Shown: in pieces, positions 5,888 to 15,700 of the stretch
Numbering within the stretch: position 1 is the stretch's first letter
How the letters are laid out: each line of letters opens with the position of its first letter
IMG/VR virus record: IMGVR_UViG_3300025889_000140
Location: 1-58,200 of that record
DNA length: 58,200 bases
Strand: one strand, 5' to 3'
Source of the DNA: a virus
Lineage: Duplodnaviria > Caudoviricetes
The notes under the pieces: model-generated
Database searches by the model: none
What the model was told of the DNA's origin: nothing
What the model saw: only the letters and a program-made list of their open reading frames with translations
Position numbers and translations under genes: made by a program

Positions 5888-8305
5888 ATGACAGCAAAAG
5901 AAATCACAATTTTCCAGAACATTAAAGAGACCTCAACACCTTTCTTCAGAGACATAGATTTTATCTTAGAAAGAATAAAGTCTGGTGCGTCTAAAGACCT
6001 GGTGAAGAGGATAAGAACTGAGCAGAACAAGTCTCAGCGGAATGAACTAAAGAAAAACTTACCTGCTATTTGTTTTTCTGGCACGTTCAACAAAAGAAAT
6101 GACACTTCAATTATCCAACACTCTGGACTTATATGTTTAGACTTTGATGGGTACGAAAGCAACAAAGAGTTATTAACAGATAAAGAGAAGCTAACTAAGA
6201 GTAATTATATTTATTCTGTTTTTATATCACCATCTGGTAAGGGGTTGAAAGCACTTGTAAAGATACCTCAAGATGTAGACAACCACATAAACTATTTCAA
6301 TAGTTTAGAGATACACTTTAACAATCCTCACTTCGATGCAACGTGTAAGAACTTATCAAGAGTTTGTTACGAGTCATACGACCCATTGATTTATGTAAAT
6401 AAGAACTCAAGTGTATGGGAAGAGATTAAAGAAAAAGAATACACCGAGGTGAACACCAGGTTAGATGTTCCCACTATACCAATCACAGATGAGAATAAGA
6501 TTGTAGAAATCTTAGTGAAGTGGTGGACAAAAAAGTATCCTATGGTTGAGGGACAACGTAATAATAATTGCTATGTTCTGGCATCAGCGTTTAATGATTT
6601 TGGAATAAACAAATCATTGGCAGGATACGTACTCCAGAACTACAGAACATCTGATTTTTCTGAGAGTGAAATAAACCAGACCATAAACTCAGCGTATGCA
6701 CAGACTCAAAACTTTGGCACAAAGTATTATGAAGATGAAGAGAGAGTCAACAACATACGTGTAAAGCTCAGGCGAGGCACTTCTAAAAAGGAAATCAAAG
6801 CTCAGTTAGAGGACAGCCACATTGAAGCTAATGTTATAGAGGCCGTACTCAATAGAGTTGAAGAGGAAAATCAACAGAAACAATTCTGGACCAAGTCTGA
6901 AAAAGGAGTTATCAAGATTGTACATATTTTATTCAAGCAATTCCTGGAGGACAATGGCTTCTATAAGTATTGTCCAGAGGGTAGCAAGAATTATGTGTTT
7001 GTTAAGGTAACCAACAATCTTGTAGACCACACAGATGAGAAACAAATCAAAGACTTTGTTCTGAATAGTGTGATTGAGTTAGACGATGCTTCGATATATA
7101 ACCACTTTGCAGACCAGGTAAGGTACTTTAGAGAGGATTTCCTGACACTTCTGTCTACAATAGACATATACTTTGTCGAGGATAATAAGACCACCTCATA
7201 TCTTTACTATAATAATTGTGCTATAAAGGTTACGAAAGACAATGTAGAGATAATAGACTACATAGACCTCAATGGTTTTGTTTGGAAAGACCACGTCATA
7301 GACAGAGCTTTCAATAAATGCTCTATAGAGGGTTGTGATTACACAAAGTTTATTCATAACATCTGTGGTAATGAGCCAGACAGAATTAAATCAATGGAGT
7401 CAACGATAGGATTTCTTATGCATGGATATAAAAATCTAAGCTATTGTCCTGCTGTTATACTTAATGATGAGGTTATATCTGACAATCCAGAGGGCGGCAC
7501 AGGTAAAGGATTGTTTATGAATGCTTTACAACACATGAAGAAAGTTGTAACGATTGATGGAAAGTCGTTTACTTTTGAGAGGTCCTTTGCATACCAGTTA
7601 GTATCAGCAGATACACAGATACTGGTGTTCGATGATGTCAAGAAAAACTTTGACTTTGAAAGACTCTTCAGTGTTGTGACTGAGGGATTAACTTTAGAGA
7701 AGAAGAATAAAGATGCTATTAAAATTCCTTTCAGCAAGTCACCTAAGATTTCCATCACCACCAACTATGCAATCAAAGGAGCAGGTAATTCTTTTGCACG
7801 TAGAAAGTGGGAGCTTGAACTTCACCAGTACTACAACAAAAACTTTACTCCTCTTGATGAGTTTGGTAAACTAATGTTTGGTGATTGGAATGATGCCGAC
7901 TGGTGTAAGTTTGATAACTACATGGTTGGTTGTATGCAGGCCTATCTTGATACAGGACTAGTCAAAAGCAAGTTTGTAAATCTAAAAATCAGACAGCTTT
8001 CAGCAGAGTCTTCTTATGATTTCATTGAGTGGGTTGGACTTATCGAGGGTACAGATGCAGGTGCTGCTATACCAGTAAACTCAAGAATACACACCAACAA
8101 TCTATATCTAGATTTTATATCTGAGTATCCAGATTACGGACCAAAGTCCAGGCTATCTATATCTCAGGTCAGGTTTAATAAATGGCTAACAGCTTATGCT
8201 ATTTATAAAACAGGAGCTCAACCAGAAAAGGGTAGAGATGCTTCAGGTAGATGGATAAGATTGAAAAGAGAAGATGAAGTTAACGTGCAAACATCTATAC
8301 TATAA
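5888..8305 (+). CDS. primase-helicase (VirE_N/BT4734-like N-terminus, primase C-terminal domain, SF3/D5-like NTPase)
   Basis: LPAICFSGTF, HSGLICLDFD, FISPSGKGLK, SRVCYESYDP; GQRNN; Walker A GGTGKG, Walker B LVFDD, ITTN. Confidence 0.85.
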   Translation: MTAKEITIFQNIKETSTPFFRDIDFILERIKSGASKDLVKRIRTEQNKSQRNELKKNLPAICFSGTFNKRNDTSIIQHSGLICLDFDGYESNKELLTDKEKLTKSNYIYSVFISPSGKGLKALVKIPQDVDNHINYFNSLEIHFNNPHFDATCKNLSRVCYESYDPLIYVNKNSSVWEEIKEKEYTEVNTRLDVPTIPITDENKIVEILVKWWTKKYPMVEGQRNNNCYVLASAFNDFGINKSLAGYVLQNYRTSDFSESEINQTINSAYAQTQNFGTKYYEDEERVNNIRVKLRRGTSKKEIKAQLEDSHIEANVIEAVLNRVEEENQQKQFWTKSEKGVIKIVHILFKQFLEDNGFYKYCPEGSKNYVFVKVTNNLVDHTDEKQIKDFVLNSVIELDDASIYNHFADQVRYFREDFLTLLSTIDIYFVEDNKTTSYLYYNNCAIKVTKDNVEIIDYIDLNGFVWKDHVIDRAFNKCSIEGCDYTKFIHNICGNEPDRIKSMESTIGFLMHGYKNLSYCPAVILNDEVISDNPEGGTGKGLFMNALQHMKKVVTIDGKSFTFERSFAYQLVSADTQILVFDDVKKNFDFERLFSVVTEGLTLEKKNKDAIKIPFSKSPKISITTNYAIKGAGNSFARRKWELELHQYYNKNFTPLDEFGKLMFGDWNDADWCKFDNYMVGCMQAYLDTGLVKSKFVNLKIRQLSAESSYDFIEWVGLIEGTDAGAAIPVNSRIHTNNLYLDFISEYPDYGPKSRLSISQVRFNKWLTAYAIYKTGAQPEKGRDASGRWIRLKREDEVNVQTSIL

Positions 8306-8538
8306 TGGACGAACTAGACGAGAATATACATTTAGCATTTATTAATTCCTTTGCAGTTATTATACATAACAAAGATGCAAAGGAGTTAATAGGTGCTGAT
8401 GCAGGCTGGTTTATCCACAATCCAAAGTACGATGCTACAATGGAAGAGGTTGAGACAATGTTAGATTACTTTGTCGAGATTGAAGACTATGAGAAATGTT
8501 CAGAAATTAAAAACTATATAGATGCCAATAGAATTTAG
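8305..8538 (+). CDS. hypothetical protein with UVR-like C-terminal motif
   Basis: EDYEKCSEIK; coupled start/stop. Confidence 0.7.
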   Translation: MDELDENIHLAFINSFAVIIHNKDAKELIGADAGWFIHNPKYDATMEEVETMLDYFVEIEDYEKCSEIKNYIDANRI

Positions 8539-9763
8539 AGACTATCAGAAAAATATTATCAATACAGCAGTAGAGGTGATACAAAAAAAGGGTTTTGTTT
8601 ATCTGGCAATGGAAGTTAGAACAGGTAAAACTCTTACAAGTTTAGGGATAGCAGAGAGAATGGGATACGAGAACGTGTTATTTCTTACAAAGAAGAAAGC
8701 TATCAGCTCCATAGTTAAAGACAACGAAATGATGTGTCCAACTTCATTTAGTTTGTTTGTAATTAATTACGAAAGTATGCATAAACTTCCTAATATTAAA
8801 TGGGATTTTATTATCTTAGATGAAGCTCATGGCATGGGAGCTTTTCCAAAGCCAAACAAGAGAGCTAGAGACGTTAAAAGTATTATAAAGAAAACGGATT
8901 GTGATATCTGTTTGTTGTCAGGAACGCCAACACCTGAGTCGTACAGCCAAATGTACCACCAGGTGTTTGGTATTCCAAAGAATCCATTTAATCAATATGT
9001 AAACTTTTATAAGTTTTGTAAACAATACGTAAGAGTTAAGCAAAGAAAAATCAATTCTCTTTACATAAACGATTACTCTGATGGACTACCTACGATACTT
9101 GAAGCAATGAAACCCTACACTATTTCTTATACACAAAAAGAAGCAGGATTTAAAGTGGACACAAGAGAACATGTGCTTGAAGTAGAGATGAGCAAGTTAA
9201 CTTATGAGTTAACTAAAAAGCTACAGAAAGATTTAGTAGTTGAGGGGAGTGAAGAGGTAATACTTGCTGACACTCCAGTAAAACTTATGATGAAACTTCA
9301 TCAAATGTATTCTGGAACTGTTAAGTTTGAGTCAGGCAAGTCTACTATCCTGGACCTCAGCAAAGCAGAGTTTATTTGCAAGCAGTTTTTTGGTATGAAG
9401 ATAGGCATCTTCTACAAGTTTAAAGAAGAACTCAAGGCACTTAAGGAAGTGTATGGTGATGACTTATGTACAGAGCTAGATGATTTCAATACTACTAATA
9501 AAAGCATAGCTCTTCAGATAGTTAGTGGGCGTGAGGGTATCTCGTTGCGTAAAGCCAAAGCTCTTGTGTATTATAATATAGATTTCTCAGCCACAAGCTA
9601 CTGGCAATCAAGAGATAGAATGACAACCAAAGAAAGACTGGAGTCAGATGTTTATTGGGTGTTTTCTAGAGGAGGTATAGAGAAACAAATATACAAAGCT
9701 GTAACTAAAAAGAAAGACTACACCTTACGTCATTTTAAAAAAGATTTACTAAGCTTAAACTAA
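8522..9763 (+). CDS. SF2 (SNF2-like) helicase
   Basis: MEVRTGKT, ILDEAH, LSGTP, SGREGISL, QSRDR motifs. Confidence 0.88.
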   Translation: MPIEFRDYQKNIINTAVEVIQKKGFVYLAMEVRTGKTLTSLGIAERMGYENVLFLTKKKAISSIVKDNEMMCPTSFSLFVINYESMHKLPNIKWDFIILDEAHGMGAFPKPNKRARDVKSIIKKTDCDICLLSGTPTPESYSQMYHQVFGIPKNPFNQYVNFYKFCKQYVRVKQRKINSLYINDYSDGLPTILEAMKPYTISYTQKEAGFKVDTREHVLEVEMSKLTYELTKKLQKDLVVEGSEEVILADTPVKLMMKLHQMYSGTVKFESGKSTILDLSKAEFICKQFFGMKIGIFYKFKEELKALKEVYGDDLCTELDDFNTTNKSIALQIVSGREGISLRKAKALVYYNIDFSATSYWQSRDRMTTKERLESDVYWVFSRGGIEKQIYKAVTKKKDYTLRHFKKDLLSLN

Positions 9764-9769
9764 TATTTC

Positions 9770-10216
9770 ATGAGAACAAAAGCTGGTAAATTTAGGCAAG
9801 ATGACTACGATAAATTTAACGACATATCAATTAAAAAGGTTTGTGATTATTTAATTGAAAAAGGGTTTAGTGTTCCTGATAAAGAGGAGGATTATGATAT
9901 TGACATAATCGCATATAAAAACAACGAACAATATAGAATAGAAGTTGAGGTTAGAACTAAATTAAATTGGAATTCAGAAAAAGACTTTCCATATAGTACA
10001 GTATCATTTCTAGGTAGAAAAGAAAAATATTCTAAATCAAATATATTTTGGTATTTTCTAGTATCAAATGATATAAATAATTTTTTATTCTGTAGAAGCG
10101 ATTATATATTTCAGGAACAATTTAAAGTTTGTATCCAAGTGGATACAGATAAAAGATATGGAATTGATATAGCGTATCATGTACCAAAACAATTATGTAA
10201 CTTTAGAAGTTTTTAA
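9770..10216 (+). CDS. putative PD-(D/E)XK endonuclease-like protein
   Basis: DIDII...IEVEVR motif; visibly more AT-rich than neighbours. Confidence 0.6.
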   Translation: MRTKAGKFRQDDYDKFNDISIKKVCDYLIEKGFSVPDKEEDYDIDIIAYKNNEQYRIEVEVRTKLNWNSEKDFPYSTVSFLGRKEKYSKSNIFWYFLVSNDINNFLFCRSDYIFQEQFKVCIQVDTDKRYGIDIAYHVPKQLCNFRSF

Positions 10217-10235
10217 ATTTGTAACTTTGTTGTAG

Positions 10236-10475
10236 ATGACTGAGCAGCAGATACAAAAGAAAAGAATTCAACAACTTGAGGCCGAGGGTTACTACGTTAT
10301 TAAGTTAATCAAGACAAATAAGAATGGAATACCAGACCTCATAGCCATACCTCCAGACTGCGATGTTCTCTTTAGCGAAGTTAAAAAACCTGATGGGAAA
10401 GTATCTGCTCTTCAGGAATACAGATTAAAAGAACTAAAAAAACATGGCGTTAAGACTGAGGTTTACAGAGGGTGA
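10236..10475 (+). CDS. VRR-NUC domain nuclease (putative resolvase)
   Basis: EQQIQ..GIPDL..FSEVK..G.VSALQ. Confidence 0.85.
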   Translation: MTEQQIQKKRIQQLEAEGYYVIKLIKTNKNGIPDLIAIPPDCDVLFSEVKKPDGKVSALQEYRLKELKKHGVKTEVYRG

Positions 10476-10761
10476 TGTAGAGTATGAAGTGGACGATTAC
10501 TTTATTGATATACTAAAATCATTACCATCTAAGATTGGTATGGAAATAGCAACACAAATAGATTGGAATGCAGAATACTTACCAGAGACAAACAGCTGGA
10601 CAAATATATATGCAGGAGTAGTTAAAAGAGTTGAGCCTCCAGTCTTTTTTGCAGTTGAATATATTAAAGAAAAAAATACAAACACAATTTACATAGACCT
10701 AGAAATTATCGACAGCGATACTTATCTAGATTATCATTTATTAAATCAAATATTAGTATGA
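10444..10761 (+). CDS. hypothetical protein
   Basis: 105-aa ORF in operon. Confidence 0.7.
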   Translation: MALRLRFTEGDVEYEVDDYFIDILKSLPSKIGMEIATQIDWNAEYLPETNSWTNIYAGVVKRVEPPVFFAVEYIKEKNTNTIYIDLEIIDSDTYLDYHLLNQILV

Positions 10762-11282
10762 AAATAGAATATCCATCAAACAGATTAAAAAAAATAGTTA
10801 ACAGAGTTTTTGATGTTGACATTATGGACAACACAAGAAGACGTGAAGTGGTAGAAGCAAGAATGGTTTACTCTCGTATCCTTATGGATACAGGAAAACA
10901 CACTCTTACCAGAGTTGCAAAAACTTTAAACAAAAGCCATTGCACAATAGTACACTACAATAAAAACTTTAAATACTTTATCAAACCAGATGAAAGATTG
11001 TGGGAAATGTACCTGTTGTGTGCCAAAATTTTTACCGAAACAGACCATGTAGCTAATGCTTTAGACCTAGAAGACTGCAGAAATTTAATATTTTCTTTGG
11101 AAAATAAAATAAAAAAGTTAACTTTGGATATCAGTCGTTTAAATTTAGAGCATGACACGTATAAAAAGCAGACAGAAACATACCCTGACTTGTATCGTTT
11201 AATAAACGAAAGAGTAAGGCCAGCAAATGTTAAAGAAGTTACAAGAAAATTAAATACATACTTAAATGGAATACACAATTAA
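10758..11282 (+). CDS. second DnaA domain IV-like HTH protein with coiled coil
   Basis: TRRREVVEARMVY...LTRVAKTLNKSHCTIVHY. Confidence 0.65.
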   Translation: MKIEYPSNRLKKIVNRVFDVDIMDNTRRREVVEARMVYSRILMDTGKHTLTRVAKTLNKSHCTIVHYNKNFKYFIKPDERLWEMYLLCAKIFTETDHVANALDLEDCRNLIFSLENKIKKLTLDISRLNLEHDTYKKQTETYPDLYRLINERVRPANVKEVTRKLNTYLNGIHN

Positions 11283-11502
11283 CGACATAGAAAAGATAAC
11301 GGAGTTTAAATCATGGAGTGATAAGAAAAAAATAGATGAATTATTACGTATTGATTGTGATTTGTATACTAACCTGGGAATTGATTCAACAAAATCAGAA
11401 AGATTAGAGGCAAGAAAAAACTCAAGGAAAATATATAGACAAATAAAACAGATAAACCATAAAATTGGCAACGACCTTTTGGTTGTAATGGATAAGGATT
11501 AA
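11266..11502 (+). CDS. hypothetical protein
   Basis: 78-aa ORF in operon. Confidence 0.7.
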   Translation: MEYTINDIEKITEFKSWSDKKKIDELLRIDCDLYTNLGIDSTKSERLEARKNSRKIYRQIKQINHKIGNDLLVVMDKD

Positions 11503-11693
11503 TGGAACAAATAGCATCACTTGAGAACGAAAGAATAAAACATGTTAATGCAATAACTAACGAGCTTCACGACTCTTGTGATGAGATATATGAGTCTTTA
11601 ATAGACCATGACTACGCCCACTGTAAAGAAGTCACTAAGACATTAATCCTACAGCTAAAAGCAATGATAGATTCAATGGATGATGACTTATAG
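11502..11693 (+). CDS. hypothetical protein
   Basis: 63-aa ORF, TAATG coupling. Confidence 0.7.
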   Translation: MEQIASLENERIKHVNAITNELHDSCDEIYESLIDHDYAHCKEVTKTLILQLKAMIDSMDDDL

Positions 11694-12402
11694 AAAAGAT
11701 TTTAGACCACGACTTAGTGGCAACCGCAAAGCAGCATTTGATAACATCACGCAAAAGGAAAGAAGAATCCTGGTAGTAGGAGATATTCATGCACCCTTTG
11801 AGCTTGATGGGTATTTTGAATTCTGCAAAGACACTTACGCTAAATATAATTGTAACCAAGTAATATTTATTGGTGATATAATTGACAACCACTACAGCTC
11901 TTTTCATACCACAGACCCAGACGGAATGGGTGGTGGTGATGAGCTAGACTTTGCTATTCAAGAAATTCAGAAGTGGGTTGAAGAGTTTCCTGTAGCAGAT
12001 GTTTGTATTGGAAACCACGACAGAATAATAATGCGAAAAGCTTTTGATTCTCAGATACCTAAACGATGGGTTAAATCATACAACGAAGTTCTAGGAACTG
12101 ACTGGAACTGGGTTGATAGAATAGTATATGATGATGTTCAATACGTGCATGGTGAGGGAGGAACAGCACGAACAAAAGCAAAGAACGATATGATGTCTAC
12201 AGTGCAGGGACACATACACACACAGGCATATACCGAGTGGATGGTTGGAAGAAACTTCAAAGTCTTTGGTATGCAGGTTGGTTGTGGAGTAGACTGCAAT
12301 GCTTATGCTGCAGCGTATGCTAAGAATTTTAAGAAACAAGCTATCGGCTGCGGTGTTGTTATAGGTGGACACACAGCTATAAACAGACTCATGGAACTGT
12401 AA
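11680..12402 (+). CDS. calcineurin-like metallophosphoesterase
   Basis: GDIH, GDIID, GNHD, HG, GHIH motifs. Confidence 0.88.
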   Translation: MMTYRKDFRPRLSGNRKAAFDNITQKERRILVVGDIHAPFELDGYFEFCKDTYAKYNCNQVIFIGDIIDNHYSSFHTTDPDGMGGGDELDFAIQEIQKWVEEFPVADVCIGNHDRIIMRKAFDSQIPKRWVKSYNEVLGTDWNWVDRIVYDDVQYVHGEGGTARTKAKNDMMSTVQGHIHTQAYTEWMVGRNFKVFGMQVGCGVDCNAYAAAYAKNFKKQAIGCGVVIGGHTAINRLMEL

Positions 12403-12776
12403 TGACCGAAAAGGTAAAAGCTATAACTAAATTTACAGAAAGGTTTAAAGGTTCTTATAAAACATTAGGGCCTAATGATGTAGACTACAGAGTATATGAC
12501 CAAGCAAACAACCTTATAGCTTTTGTTTTGGTGATACCAATAAAAAAAAAGGTAACTGACTGCTACCCTTTATCTGTATCCTTAAATAAATTATCTCAGC
12601 TATCAATGAAACGTCTTAACCCAGTTATAATATGGGCTTGCGAAGATGGTATCATGTATGGTAAAGTAAAAGAAATATATGGAACTGTATCTTGGATGGG
12701 TACTACAGAACTGAACTCAGAGTTAGTAGTGCAGTACCCTAAACAGAAAACATTTAGATACGCTAGATATTATTAA
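12402..12776 (+). CDS. hypothetical protein
   Basis: 124-aa ORF; last + strand gene, converges on giant gene. Confidence 0.7.
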   Translation: MTEKVKAITKFTERFKGSYKTLGPNDVDYRVYDQANNLIAFVLVIPIKKKVTDCYPLSVSLNKLSQLSMKRLNPVIIWACEDGIMYGKVKEIYGTVSWMGTTELNSELVVQYPKQKTFRYARYY

Positions 12777-15700
12777 TCAAGACCCATAGCTGCGTCTATC
12801 TCTTTCTGGAGGTCACGCTTTCTTTTTCTCTCGTCTTTCTTTAGTTGCTCTACAGGAGCTAAGCTACCGCCTGGTCCGTACAATTCTTCATATAATCCAG
12901 GAGCAAATTTTTTCATATCTTTCTTGCTCATTCCCTTGCTTACACTACCTTTATTTTCAGGACGATATGATGGAGATATACCAAGCATGTCATAAACAGC
13001 AGGGTCTAAGTCCTCTTCTTCGCCACCGAAATAGTTGTATAATCCGATGAAAGGGTCAAGCTGTGCACCAATAGTTATCTCTGCTAAAGCTCTAGTCACA
13101 GCACCGATTTCACTTTCACCATTCTTGGTTAGCTTTCTGTACTTTTGCAATACACTAGCAACAGGATTTACAATATCATCATTAAATATTCTGCCTTTCT
13201 GCTTGTATTCTTCTCCTTTTATAGCAGAGATAACTCTACCAGCTACATCAAGTCCCTCTACTGTAGAGCCTAAGAATGGTATTTGATATATAAGGTTTAA
13301 TCCCATCATTGCTTCGGCCATTTTTTTAAGAGCTGCTTCCTTATCTTCATCATCACCCTTGATAAATTTAGCTATGTTAGACACACCTACAAACAATACG
13401 TTGGCAACAGCTAAGTTCAAAGCTAAATCTCTAGTGTCTTTTGAACGTGGTCTTTTCTTATTAGCCATGTCTCTTGTAATATTAGTAGTACTCTGCATAA
13501 CTTTATTCATCTGCAGGAATAATGTACTACCGAACATGGTAAATGCACGATTAAATATGTTACTATTCATTTGAAGTGGAATTTTATCTGTACCTCTTCT
13601 TGATTGCTGTGTAGCATTGTAATCATTAAAAGCTTTTACAGCATCGGCTTTACTCATTCCATTTGCAATGTTACGCTTGTAGTTAATCATGTAACCCATA
13701 ACCCCTAAGACATCACCAATTATTGTTGGTGAAGCTGCTGCAGTTTTAAACGCAGCTTGTGCTCTTTTAAGTTTACCTCCAGTAAGTGCGGTCTTCTTAA
13801 ATGTTTGCGAGCCAGATTCTAACCCATATACATCACCCTCTAGTCCTTGCTCAACCCTTTTTCTAAATGTAGGTGATATCTCCATAGCTTCTCTTATAGC
13901 TCCTTTCTTACCAACTAAATCTTTACCTAAGGACAAAGCTACTTTTGCTCCATCAATCATAAACATTGGCAAATCAACTGCTGCCTGTATAATTCTAGGA
14001 ACTCTAGAGTTGGCAGGGAAATAACTATAGTCAGAGTAAGCATTCACAAATGACGTTGCCTGCTTAAGTATCTGTATAGCTTTGAAAGCTAAAGCAAATC
14101 CTGTAAACTGAGTTTGTAATCTAGCTATAAGTTTTATACTTAGACTCGCATCCTTTCCAGAGTCTGGATTGATAGCAAAGTTAACAGCCTTTTTTATAGG
14201 CCCTGTTACACCCATCTCTTCTAGTAATACATTAACAGAGTCAATCTTAAATAAAGCATTCAGTCTCTGTGTACCTACAGCATACGCTTTATATTTCTCC
14301 ATTGTATCAACATGATTCTTAAGAACAGTTGTGAATGTTCCTGCGTGCAGGTCTACATCAGACCTCATGTCTACCCTTTCTTTAAAAGCAGGAGCAGATT
14401 CCGCATTGAACACACCATTGAAATCACCATCAGTAATCATCTTCTTGGTGGTCTCTTTCTGTATCGTTGATGTTGGGAAGTAGTTATTTACATATCCTAA
14501 ATTAACGTCATTAACGTAAGAATATACATCGTTAACACTCTCATAGTATTCATTGCTTAAGAAGTTTACAGTTTTATCAGTAAACTCTACAGCTTCTGGA
14601 CCTATGATACTTTTAATATTCTCTATAACCTCAGGAGTTATACCCTGAGCTTCAAGCTTCTGTCTTTGAACATCATTCAAGCTAAGTGCATATATACGCA
14701 TGAGTTCATCTGCATTAAACCTATCAGTATACTCTCGACCAGTATCACTACGCTTTAATTTTAAAACATGAACACCACTATTGAGTTTAGAATATATTTG
14801 TTTTGCTCCCTTGGTTATACCAGGGATTGTGTTTGCTATAGCATCAAGCTTGGCTTGAGTTTGGAATACACCAGCATTGTTAAGGTCATCCATTCTATTC
14901 AAAGCATCATAAACATTCTTGGTAAAAAAGTTTTTACCCTGAGTCACTCTGTCCAACACATTACTTAATGTGCCTAAGTGCTGGAACATTTGCTTCATGT
15001 TCTGAATAAACTCTTTGGCCGTACTAAATGCCATTCTCTCACCCAGTGCACTAAAAGCTTTACCTATTTCAAAGCTTCTGAAGTGAGAAAGTATCTCATT
15101 CTTTCTGGCGTTACGCTCATTTTTATTTAAAACATTTCCATCAGCATCAAACAACATAGGATTGGTATCCTTAATCTGAGCATCAGCCTCCTCTTTCATT
15201 TTCTTGTTTGCTTCTACTCTTGCTTGTCTTCTTGATTTAAACGTAGCAATTGATTCGGCTCTAACATCTTTCAGCTGTTGCATTAAGTCTTGAACTTCTT
15301 CCAAGCTCATGTTAGATACATCACCGAAAGTGTCCATAGCCAACGCTAAATTAACTTTGGCCTGCTCTTTTTGAGTTAACTTCTGTCCATCATTCTGCTT
15401 CTCTATAAGATTATTTATCTCGGTGCTTTCATTTTGCAGGTCCTGTTGTATTTTATTAAGGTCATCTATATCAGCTGTAAGTATTTGTTTTACAGCTTTG
15501 AAGTATGCTGTACCCTCTCGACTTAAACCTTTAGCTCTACGCTTACCAGACTTAGTGAATGCAGTCATAGCTTTTGCTTTGACTAGCTTAAGCATGTCCT
15601 TGACAAGAGCATTCTTCATTTTAGTCTTTTGCTGGTCTACAATCTTCATTACATACTCAGTATCTGCCTGGAATGTATCCACTGTAGACTTTGTAACACG

